Assembly (NCBI GenBank): GCA_963693365.1
Contig: CAVNZM010000003.1
Coordinates: 14,354,914-14,418,913 of the forward strand
Direction: 5' to 3'
Source: Amoebidium appalachense
Taxonomy: Eukaryota > Protista > Ichthyosporea
Length of the DNA stretch: 64,000 nt
Made by a program: the position numbers and the translations under genes. Below the pieces are notes generated by a model that did no database searches, was not told the origin of the DNA, and saw nothing but the letters and a program-made list of their open reading frames with translations. The stretch's first letter is position 1; the number at the start of each line of letters is the position of its first letter. Positions 13,011-24,336 of this stretch are shown here, one piece after another.

Positions 13011-16000
13011 CGCGTCCCCCCGCCTCCGTACTCAACGGACTCCTTCTATGACAATGGGCTTAACTCTTCTCACACGCATCCTAGCACACAGGTTACTTTG
13101 TTCTAATCTACTTGTATGCCATTAACGTCATTTGTACAGGGATGGAGATATGTAGCTGTTTTGTTCTAATCTACTTGTATGCCATTAACGTCATTTGTAC
13201 AGGGATGGAGATATGTAGCTGTTTCAAGTAGTAATGTAGTAATAATACTTTCTTTTCATTGTATTTATATAATATTTTATTGACAGTCTTCTGTAATACA
13301 CAATCATGGACTAACCCCCCCCCCCCCTCCTCCCCCCCCCCCACAACGCCACCGCCACCTGCTTCACCACCACTCGCTTCTGTTTCCTTTCTTTTGCTGC
13401 ATTCAAACACACATTCACAGCTGGTCGCCTACGCCCCAACTGCCGATGAGCGACCAGCGCTGTGGCTGGCCCTCCTGGATGAGGTCAAGCTGAATGGCCA
13501 GCCGTGCGGCCGCGTGTACTCTGTCGACCCTGAAACGGGCAACCCGTTCGGGTACCAGCCGTTTTCCCGCCTGTTCAGCAGCATCTCATTGAAGGCTGTG
13601 CGGCTTGTCCTTGGCAACAAGACTGCCTTGGTATGTAATGTCCCCAACAAATCACTTTCAACACATTCTGAGTCTAGACTACATCAAAGGACCCCCCCCC
13701 CCCCCCCCCCCCCCCTTCCCTCCTGCCCACCACCCACTCACACATACTCGCTCTTCAACCAACACACGTGTGTACACACACATACACACACACACACTCC
13801 CTTTCACCCTTCCACGTTCTCCTCTGATCACCGGTTTAACTTCCCAAATAACTTGCTTTCATCGTATATATTTACTTGCATAACGCTTTCTTTCCCCCCC
13901 CCCCCCTGTTGGACATTGTGTTCATAGAAGCTAGTTCTAGTGCACGTTGTTCCTTCTGTAAGTCAGAAATGATTGCATCTTGTGAGGCCAACCTCTGCTC
14001 CAGTAGTTGGACTAGTTGCTGCAACTGTAAGTTGTCAGACATAGTGTCGTGTATGATGGGTAACTAGTCTATGTGTTTTGTGCACTGGAAACGACAGTAG
14101 AAAAGTGTAAATCAAACGTTCTGCTTCCCATGTTTGTGACATGGGAGGCACTGCTTTATATAGTCGTTGGCCACCTCATGGTGGCCTCGTGTGCACCCTG
14201 GTGGTGGGCCATGTACAGCATGGCCGAAAAGAGAGCACAATGAAAACAAGTCGTTAAAGATATAAAAGTTAACTGTGCACGTTGAGTGGCTAGTTAACTT
14301 GCACTAAAGCACACAAATAAACGTGTTTAACACACCAATTGCAGTTAAACGTAAATCTTGCTTCACACAACTAAAAATATTCTGAGAATATCCGGGAATA
14401 AAGCACACTACCACTCTAAGAATAGAATCCTGTGGCAAATATAGACATGACATCATCTGAACCGGGAATATTAATTAATGAGCACAATTAGCACGTTGCT
14501 AGTGAAGCTCGTCATTGGTACAGTTTTGGCTCAAACATATAACTACCATATATGAATATGACCGTAAACAAAAGCTCTATGCACTCGAGTGAGTGTTGAA
14601 ACAGTTATTCAATTGCTCAGAAACTTTCTCTAACAGACATTGCTAGCCGGGAGTACCAGTGTACTCCAACACCCCTACTCAATTGGATAATTGTGGTATG
14701 AATTAATGCAACTGAGCTCGAGTGCTTCAGGTGCACAAAATACAGACAATAAAGATTCCCCTACTCAATTTTAGTATGGTACACGTAGTTGCACAGTCGG
14801 ATGCAACTCTCTCCCCCCCCCTGAAGTATGAGGGCGCAGTTGGTTGATGACGGGTGCTCAGCACATGTTGAGCATCCCCACGGCCTTGGTGAAGAAAGAG
14901 GCAGACAGGGCCTTGGTGAACATGTCGGCCTTGTTGTCAGCAGAAGCCACCGGGACCACAGTGATGTTGCCCAGCAGGTGATGTTCCTTGACGGAGCAGT
15001 AGCGGACGTCGATGTGCTTGGTCTTGGGCTTAACCCCCAGGGTGTCCAGCAGGGCCCGGGCAGACTCATTGTCCCCATGGATGGGCACCGGGGTGGGCTC
15101 ATTGATAGGATTAAGGCCCAGGTCGTCCATCACATAGTTGAGCCATAGGGCCTCGTTCGTAGCAGCAGACATGGCCACAAATTCAGCCTCAGTGGAGCTG
15201 TGGGTGGTGATGGACTGGAGCCGAGACACCCAGGACACAGGGGAGGAGTTTATGAAGAAGACATAGCCCGTGGTGGAGCGCCGGGTGTCGCGGTCCTCGG
15301 CGTAGTCGGAGTCGGAGTAGCCAACAAGGTTGGGGGGGCCGGGACGGTAGACAATACCCAGGTCGATGGTGGCCAGCAGGTAGCTTACAACTCTGGTAGC
15401 CATAGTCCAGTGGGTGACGGTGGGCGCATGAATGTGTCGAGTAAGGACTCCCAGAGCCTGGGAAATGTCGGGGCGGGTGGTACGCGCAATCCACAGCAGG
15501 GCACCGACCAGGCTGGCATAGTCCTCCTTCTTGCTGTAGGCTGGGGTCTTGTTGCTTTCACTGGCCTGGCCCGGGACGATGGGGGTCTTGGTGCCGGACA
15601 TGTGGGTGAGACGAAAACGGGCAGCCAAGTCGATGATGTGTTGACGATGGCCCAGACGCAGAGACCCGTCCTCCAGCCAGGTAAGAGTGTGCCCGATGAG
15701 CAGGGTAGGACGACCCAGGTCCTTGGCAGAGAAACGAGCATCCAGCTTGGTGAAAAAATCGTCGATGAGCGCATCAGTGGCGGCCGTCACGGTGAAGTCA
15801 TCCACGTAGGCAGCAAGGGCAATAAATGTTGGGGTCCCGGCATTCTTGATGAACAGGCACGGGTCAGCAGCACTCACAATGAAGCCTTGGTCGAGGAGAT
15901 GGTCACGGAGGGCCTCATACCACTGGCGCGGTGCCTGTTTTAGGCCGTAGAGCGCCTTGTGGAGCAAGCCGACAGCATGGGGGGCCGAGGGGTTGACGAA

Positions 16001-19000
16001 GCCAGGGGGCTGCTCAATGTAGATGGTCTCGTTGACGGTGCCGTTGAGGAATGCTGTGTTGACGTCGATGTGGCGCAGAGGCAGACCTTGGGCCACGGAG
16101 GTAGCCAAAACCAGCCGGATGGTAGCCAGCGCAGCCACAGGTGACTCGGTGACGAAATAGTCCTGGCCAGGCTGCTGGTAGTTGCCCCGGGCCACAAGCC
16201 GGGCCTTGAAAGCAGTGACGTTGCCGACGTTGTCCTGCTTGACCGTAAAGACCCAGCCGACCGGAATGACAGTGGAGCCATCCTCTGGACGGGGCACAAG
16301 GGTGAAGGTGCCGTTGTCTTCCAGGGCCTTGAGCTCACGGTGTGCAGCCTCCTCCCATTTCAGACGCTGGGGACTCTTGAGTGCAGCCCGGACAGTCTTG
16401 GGGACAACAATGGTGGAAGCCTTGATGGGTGTTGATGCAGGAGCCGTAGCCTGGGGGGCAAGGGGGGCCGTAGCAGCAGCCACGTTGGCAGTCGGGCCTC
16501 GACGTTGGTCGTTGTACACAGCGCCACTACGGGTCGTCCGGGGGAGCCGATGTGCAGGCTCGGGCAGGATCGGAATGTCCAATTGATCACTCGGCGCTGT
16601 CCCATTGGCTGACAGACGAGACGAATCAGATTGCTGATCATTCCGGACGATGTGATTGGCTGGCTGATTTGACGAATCAGATGACTCCAAAAAATGATGA
16701 ATTGCCGGTGCGGTCGACCAATCAGATGGGACATCACGGAGGGGGTGCAGAATAGCAGCCTCGTCGAACTGCACGTCACGGCTGACGGTCATCTTGTGTG
16801 CTGCTGGAATCCAGACCTTGTAGCCCTTGATGTTAGGAGGGTAGCCCACGAAGATGCCCTTGACGGCACGAGGCGCCAGTTTCGGTGTATCCTGTTGATG
16901 GACGTAGCAGGGAGAGCCCCAGACACGGAGCCGGCTGTAGTCGGGAGGAATGCCGGTCCACAGCAGGGCGGGAGACGATTGGCTGCCGGTGGCTCGCGAC
17001 GGGAGCATGTTGCGTATAAAAGCCGCGGTCACAGCTGCCTCGGCCCAGAATCCCACCGGAAGGCCGGACTGCTGCAGGAGTGCCCGAACCATGTCGAGGA
17101 GGGTCCGGTTCAGTCGTTCGGCAGTCCCATTCTGTTGAGGAGAGCCGGTGGTAGTGATCTGATGGCGAATGCCATGCTCACGGTTGTAGTCCCCGAAGGC
17201 CGTGCCCATGTACTCGCCCCCCCGTCGGACTGAAACACCTGCATGGGAACACCGTGTTGGGTAACCGCCGCCTTGTGGTACGTCACATATGCAGCCAGTG
17301 TGTCCGACTTCTTGACGAGGGGCACGGCCGTGGTGTGGCCGGTGAATTCGTCGTGGAACGTCGCCAAGTACTGAGCACCACCGATCGCGGGAGGGAAGGG
17401 GCCGCTGATGTCGCTGTGAACCTTGGCTAGGACCCGGGGAGCTTGGCTAGTTGATTCGGAGAAGGCAACACGGTGGGCTTTGCCGAGGGCACAGGGCTCA
17501 CACACACCCGGAGACTTGGCACCGCCACCCACCAACAGGCCTGCAGACTTGATGACCGAGCGTACAGCGTCAATGCCAGCATGGCCCAGACGGTAGTGCC
17601 ACGTGTTGAGGTCGGCAGTAACCTTGAGGATACGCGGAGCAGTGGTGGTTTGGGCGTCCGGGGTTGTGTCCGCGCGCAGAAGAGACACCGCCATGTGGTA
17701 CAGCTTGGTGCCGACAGCCGAGCCGGTGGCCAGAATTTGATCGCCGTAGCACAACTTAACGCCGCCGCGGGTGTCAAAGCGGGGTAAAACACCGTTGGTA
17801 GTTGCCGTGAACACACTGATGAGAGTGTCGGGGATGGAGGGCACGTAGAGTACATCCGTCAGCTGATGCACCGCAGTAACGCCGTCGATGGTGCTGGAAA
17901 AGAACACGTCGCCCACCCCAAGCACTGCACATGCACCCTTGTCGGCTACTTGGACCGTGGAGTAAGGCGCCGCACGCATGTTGATGAACACATCGGGCCG
18001 GGGGCACACATGGTCAGTGGCTCCAGAGTCGAGGAGCACCTTGTTGGTGCCACAGTCGTTGCTAGACATGAGGAAAGCCCGGGGAGCGGCAGCCCCCCTT
18101 GCACTGTGCCGTAGTGTGGGTAGTAGAGGCAGGGTGGTTGATGCAGGACCCAGGCGGGAGGGGACCACCCTTAGGTTTGCGGCCGTTGGCACGGTTGCCC
18201 CCCTTGCACATGGCGGTAGTGTGACTGGTAGACAGTGGGTGGTTGACGCAGGAACCCTTGGGGTAGGTGCTGGCACGGTTGTTGCCAGAGTTGCTGTGTT
18301 GGCCGTTGCCGTTGGGGCACTGAGACTTGATGTGGCCTGGTTTGCCGCAGCCGTGGCAGATGACAGGTTGAGGAGCCCGTGTGGTGAAGGCGGCCGGCCC
18401 GGAGCTGGTAGTCACACGTGCACGTGAGTGGCTGGTCTCATATGCCCGTAGCTGTTGGAGGAGGCCCATCACGGTAGGCTTGGGTGTCATCTTGTAGGCA
18501 ATTACAGGCATTTCGTAGTAAGGCACCTTGCCGAGGTCGTTGGTGAGCTTGGTCAGCACTTGAGCATCACCAATTTGTGTGCCGTAATCGGCCAGGCGCC
18601 GCACGTAGCCGCGGAGTTTCATGGCGTATTTCGTCGCGGTGTCCGTAGGTTCAGGCGTAGAATTCATGTACAGCCCGATAAGGTCGTACTGATTGGCCTC
18701 AGATTGCTCCAGGTAGTGGGCAGATAGGGCCGACCATATCTCCGCAGGTGTGGTGGTGCGTGTTAACCCTAGGATACAACGCACGTCAACCGAGAGTGCT
18801 TGCCACAGGTAGGAACGGGCAGTGTCGACCTGTTCACGGGTAGCCGGGTGCTCCGTACTGGGCGCGATGGTGTGGAGAAGACCAGCACCAGAAAGCTGGA
18901 CATACATGGTTTCGGCCCATGTGTGGTAGTCCGTGCCTGAATCATTATCAATGCCAGTGAAGAGAGGGATGTCGACCTTGAACTTGATGGAATCATTACG

Positions 19001-19781
19001 TGAGGGGCCCATAACCCTGTTGGACATTGTGTTCATAGAAGCTAGTTCTAGTGCACGTTGTTCCTTCTGTAAGTCAGAAATGATTGCATCTTGTGAGGCC
19101 AACCTCTGCTCCAGTAGTTGGACTAGTTGCTGCAACTGTAAGTTGTCAGACATAGTGTCGTGTATGATGGGTAACTAGTCTATGTGTTTTGTGCACTGGA
19201 AACGACAGTAGAAAAGTGTAAATCAAACGTTCTGCTTCCCATGTTTGTGACATGGGAGGCACTGCTTTATATAGTCGTTGGCCACCTCATGGTGGCCTCG
19301 TGTGCACCCTGGTGGTGGGCCATGTACAGCATGGCCGAAAAGAGAGCACAATGAAAACAAGTCGTTAAAGATATAAAAGTTAACTGTGCACGTTGAGTGG
19401 CTAGTTAACTTGCACTAAAGCACACAAATAAACGTGTTTAACACACCAATTGCAGTTAAACGTAAATCTTGCTTCACACAACTAAAAATATTCTGAGAAT
19501 ATCCGGGAATAAAGCACACTACCACTCTAAGAATAGAATCCTGTGGCAAATATAGACATGACATCATCTGAACCGGGAATATTAATTAATGAGCACAATT
19601 AGCACGTTGCTAGTGAAGCTCGTCATTGGTACAGTTTTGGCTCAAACATATAACTACCATATATGAATATGACCGTAAACAAAAGCTCTATGCACTCGAG
19701 TGAGTGTTGAAACAGTTATTCAATTGCTCAGAAACTTTCTCTAACAGACATTGCTAGCCGGGAGTACCAGTGTACTCCAAC

Positions 19782-19814
<33 letters not shown>

Positions 19815-20294
19815 CTCCCCTCCACCATGAACATTCCACGAATCGAATCGAAAAAAAATTGATGCATATTCCTAGGTCTGCAAATGCTTGGAATATTTCA
19901 AGAATAAAGACAGTTTTAAGCATCATCATAGAGAATTACGGTCACATTCTTACATCATGAAGGGCCATAATGTTGTCGTCATATGATCCTAATGACATCC
20001 ATTGGATGTCAGTAAGACCATATGACGACAACATTATCTGTCTCTTCTCTTCTCTTCCTTATGTGTATTCCTTCCGAACTTTACCTCTTTTGAAAACAGA
20101 TCACTAAAAAAGCACTGGGCAGGATATCGCCAGAGACCACAGGGCATTCTTCCGGCTGGTCGTCAACTGCTTCGAGGTGTCGCTGCGAGACCCCAACCAA
20201 CACAAGCTCATCAACAAGTGGACCCCCGTGAAATTCGAATGTGACGACCCCAACTATGACGGTGCTGTGGCCGAAGGCAACATCAAGTTGGTGG

Positions 20295-20332
<38 letters not shown>

Positions 20333-21130
20333 CTTTTTGGCTAGGCAATAGGATGCTGACACTTGAGCTGTGGGGTGTTTCATCATGGCTCACGAGACTT
20401 ACGCTAAGTTCATTATAATTCCTACCCCCCCCCCCCCCCCCTTATGGTGTGATTATGGCTGACTACACTATAGCGTGCCGACACTCGAGCTAGTTAGCAT
20501 TTAGTCTGTTCTGTTTTATAAAAGACTTCTTTGTTCACATCTGCAAACCCCCCCCCCCCCCCCCCCCCCCCCCCATAAAAAAAAAAACACAAACAACACA
20601 ATCACATTGTTGGAAAAAGTTTTCTAGACTGACTTCTGTAAAGCATCTGACTCTGTGCCCGCCATTACCTGCAGTACATCTCAAACTACGACAACTACGT
20701 GAAGGACCAGATGGTGACAGCCGAGCGGGAGGCCGGGGAGGAGTTGCGCAGGCAGCAGGAGGAGGCCGATGCGGAGAGGGAGGCAGAGGCACTGGCGGAG
20801 CGGGAGCGGGAGGAGCAGGCCGCTAAGGAGGCCGCGTCTCTGCACAAGGAGGCCCCAGACCCCAAGGTGGACCAACGTGAAAACGAAACGGACGCGGCCA
20901 AGGTCGGCAAGGAGGGCGAGGATGTCGCTGTGGGCGGCACGGAGGGTGACAGCGAGGCCGTGCAGCAGGTGGAGGGGGTGGAGGAGGAGGCGGCTGAGTT
21001 TCAAGGTGAGGACTCTCCGGCTGAGTTCAACGAGGCTGAGGGAGAGACCCCCCTTACCAGGTCGGCGATGAAGAGAAGGCGCCAACAGGGTCATGCCAGC
21101 CCCCACAAAAAGCCCAAATTCACCCCTTAG
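10060..21130 (+). CDS. Multi-exon gene: basic N-terminus, KDM4-like JmjC domain, unknown central domain, acidic C-terminus
   Basis: Exons 10060-10339, 10566-11432 (JmjC, phase 1-1), 11909-12273 (TACTAAC branch point at 11881), 12645-12971, 13421-13630, 20100-20290 (needs one extra A in an A6 run) and 20675-21130. All are GT-AG and phase-compatible; the JmjC donor (GTCAAA) is weak. Confidence 0.7.
10487..11432 (+). CDS. JmjC histone lysine demethylase domain, KDM4/JMJD2-like
   Basis: PGINVAMLY..FGAHIED..KVWF..CRNPLQHK..VQRAGD....PGALHYGF..N...AVN..W..CEC aligns by eye to KDM4. The Fe ligands (HxE...H) and the Zn ligands (C..H..CxC) are present. No JmjN domain is evident. Confidence 0.9.
13097..13222. 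repeat. ~64-bp tandem duplication in an intron
   Basis: ttgttctaatctacttgtatgcc...gatatgtagctgt occurs twice back to back. Confidence 0.9.
13907..19782 (-). mobile_element. Full-length Ty1/Copia LTR retrotransposon (family A) inserted in an intronic poly-C tract
   Basis: 765-bp LTRs at 13907-14671 and 19018-19782 with TGTTG...CAACA ends, identical on inspection. PBS GGTTATGGGCCC at 19016-19005; PPT GAGTAGGGG next to the 3' LTR; domain order gag-PR-IN-RT-RH; both flanks are CCCCC. Confidence 0.97.
14858..19153 (-). CDS. Copia-A gag-pol polyprotein; two 1-nt frameshifts in G runs (~18095 and ~17220)
   Basis: Zinc knuckle CHGCGKPGHIKSQC, protease LDSGAT, integrase WHYRLGH..CEPC / HSD / SDGG(G)EY / NGTAER, RT FKARLVARG and YVDD, RNase H YSDSD and ADMFTK. 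Confidence 0.93.
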
Positions 21131-21299
21131 CCCCCCACCTCCCCCCCCCCCTCCCCCTCCCCCCAAGAAATGTACTGCCCCTTTTTTGTAGGGGATTATT
21201 TTGGATTTTATTTTGCAAGTTTGTTTACTTTGTTTAGTTTGTTTTTTTCTCATAAATTTATAGTGTTTCTTTTCTTGAATTTTAATGTTTTGAATAGTT

Positions 21300-22260
21300 G
21301 AGACAGTAGAGGGGTGTCCCAGTGGGACATCCCGTAGATGTAAAGAGTGGAGACACGTCCCAGTGGGACGTGTCATAAGAAATTAAAGATTGTCCAGCAC
21401 GGTCAACGACACTTCACTGTGCAGCCACGGGGAGGAAAGGGAAGGGGAGGGGGGGGGGGGGGGGGGGGACTGGGGGGAACTGACATCATCTTGGCATCAA
21501 CCGGGGCACAAAATGATGCTTTAATATAGATTTTTGGACGATTAGAATACAGTATAATGATCATATTAAATTGCTTGTAGTGATCGTTTTGTCGACTTAT
21601 TATGCTGCACAAGTTGTCACAAAGTAAACATAAAGGTGACATGTGTATGTCGTGAATCGGTGTGCATGAAATAAAGATCATGTAGAGTGATCCAAAAGGT
21701 ATCTTTGTATGGTCGGCAACAGATCCGTTTGATGACATAAAGGCATCGTGAAATAAGGATTCCGATGCCCCGAGATACTGTAAAGGCAACATTTAGTTCT
21801 CCTTATGTGCCTGTTTAGATGCAGAAAAGTCAACATGAAGACCTCTAAATCACCTCTCGTTGCAATAAGGTAATGTACATGATGTCCCTTTAACGATATC
21901 GTTTAGATGTCTGTTTGTTGCCTTAATTTCTTATTTAAGCTCTTTAAAGTGGCCTTAAAGATGACATAAAAGGGTCTTGATGTGCAGGATCTTACGATAC
22001 CTATATTTTAGGGGTAGAAAAGGTGGGGATTGGGGGGGGTTACGGATGGGTAGTGGTTAGGTTTAGGTGTAGAAAACGATGTCAGGAAAAATGTATATAA
22101 AGATGTCAGGAAATTTCCAGACATCTTTATGATAACTTGAAAGTCGTCTTTAAATGGTCCGAAAATATCCTGACATCTTTTCGATGGGATATGGGGTAGA
22201 TAGGGTTAAAGGGTGGGATGTAGATGACTTTGATTAGATGCTGACGTCTTAGATGGCTTA
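21300..22260. repeat. Cluster of short GATGTC/GACATC-type motifs and palindromes, possibly a transposon subterminal region
   Basis: Repeated gatgtc, gacatc and gatgac motifs; palindrome gacacgtccca-g-tgggacgtgtc at 21352-21374. Confidence 0.45.
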
Positions 22261-23169
22261 TGGATGGATTCGACAAGATTGCTGATGAGCATAAGGCATG
22301 GCTACACAAGATTATACGAACTACAGTGTCCAGCGTATTCCAGCACAAATGTAAGCTACGTATACCTAGCAAAAAATAACGAAATAGCACTACTGACTAA
22401 GCTGCCTTTTCGTTGCTAACAAGAAGCACAGTCCGAAGCAACACCCTCGTTAAGCCACGGGAGAGCTGAGCCCACCCCCCGAACGTTGCCGTGGTTGTCA
22501 TCTTCATGGTTGCGCATCCGCTGGCGCTCGCGAACATCCTTATCTGTAAAACCTGACTGAGCCACAACGAAAATGCCTGAATTCTATCCCCCCCCCCCCC
22601 CCCTCAAACATCCCCCCCCCCCCCCCCCCTTTTCCTCCCCATCCCCGGCGCCCTTTTATACCTTTCCCATACTCCTTACTACCCCCCCCTGCCCCCCCCC
22701 CCCCCCCCCCCCACCCCTCTCTCCATCTTCCTCCTTCCCTCCCCTCACCCCCTCCCCCCCCCCCCCCCCCCCCCTTCCTCTTCCCAAGTCTCTCTAAGCA
22801 CATATGACATGAATCCTTCTCCCCCCATCCTTCACACCCACCTCCCCCCTCCCTTGGCCTCCCGCACTCTCCACCCATGCTTTGCCCCTCAACCTCCCCC
22901 CCCCCCCCCCCACACACACACATGACACGAGAAGAGGCATGCCCCTCCCCCCCCTCCCCCCCCCCCCGAGGGCCTCCTTTTACGCATTTCCCACTCTTCT
23001 TATCTTACTCATCCCCCTCCCCCCCCCCCCCCCCCTCCCCCCCCCCACCTTTCACCCCCTCTCATCTTTCTCGCTCCCTACCTCACACTGGTCTCTCCCC
23101 CTCGTCCCTTTTTCCCACCACCCTCTCGAGGCACATAAGACACGAAACCTTATTTCCCCCCCCCCCCAT

Positions 23170-23203
<34 letters not shown>

Positions 23204-23260
23204 GACATGTACAAATAAGACACAAACACACACACACACACACTAACTTAATGCCTGCAG

Positions 23261-23735
23261 GTATTGAGTGGCAGATCGTCATGCGAGCCCTATACCAAGG
23301 TTTCTATCGTGACCCAGAGCTACTCGCCCAACTTCCTCCCGCGCTTCAAGAGCTACTGCCAAAAGACACAGAGGATGCTACAGGCATTTTGCGCAGAAAA
23401 ACAATAACGGGTACTTACGGGCCAGCAGCCGCAGCTCCAGCACAGAAGAAGCGCAGGGGCAAGACCATTAGCGTTGAGAGCAGTCCTTATCCTGACCTAA
23501 AACAGCAAATCATTCAGTACATTCGTGCAGCTTACTTCCGGGACAAACCAAACGGTCTAGAGCTTGCACAGGCAGCATGCCCCATATAGTGACAGACGCA
23601 ATCTATCATGCAGAGAGTTGGGCACAGAAAGTGGTGAATCCATTAGCTTTTGAGAGACTATGTGCAATTTTGCCTTGGAAGGAAAGCCAAAACAATCACC
23701 AGTATGCAGTCATTCCTCTCAGGCCAGGGCTCTAG
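23261..23735 (+). pseudogene. Orphan coding exon of an unknown protein, frameshifted near 23585
   Basis: CACTAAC branch point plus TGCAG acceptor at 23260, then a ~110-aa protein-like reading (IEWQIVMRALYQGFYRDPELL...) that continues in another frame. Confidence 0.35.
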
Positions 23736-24137
23736 TCTAGCAGCACGATTAAGCCTATGATAATGATAGATGTGTAAAATGTAAAAAGTAAGATAGAAAT
23801 GTAAATATGGCTAGTTAAGATTGTGTGCCTTAACAACGTATACTGCCTCGTTATATGCATAGAATAAAAGGAAAATTCTTATAAAGGGCTAAAAGCAAAA
23901 CGGAACACGCTGATGTTAACCAAGGCAACAAAATGATGCAGTCGTTAAAGAAAAAGGTGAAATGTTCTAAGAAAACTGTGTTCCTGTTTTAAAGAAACTT
24001 CTATCACACCCGTGGTTTATGTATGTAAACTATCCGACGAGGGGAGGGTTTGAGTGTGCAAAAAAGGGGAGGGTGGATGCGTGGCAACAGGTGTATGTAT
24101 TTTTGTTTCTGTGTGTGCGCGCGCATGTGCGGGCCGG

Positions 24138-24211
<74 letters not shown>

Positions 24212-24283
24212 ATGCGTGCGTGCATGTGTGCGTGCTTGCGTGCGTGCGTGTGTGTGTGCGTGCGCACCCGCGCGTGTGTGTGC

Positions 24284-24336
<53 letters not shown>

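Noticed and set aside
1214-21581. CACTACA...TGTAGTG as the TIRs of the Plavaka element
   Set aside because: Only a 7-bp match, no TSD, and the motif cluster continues past it.
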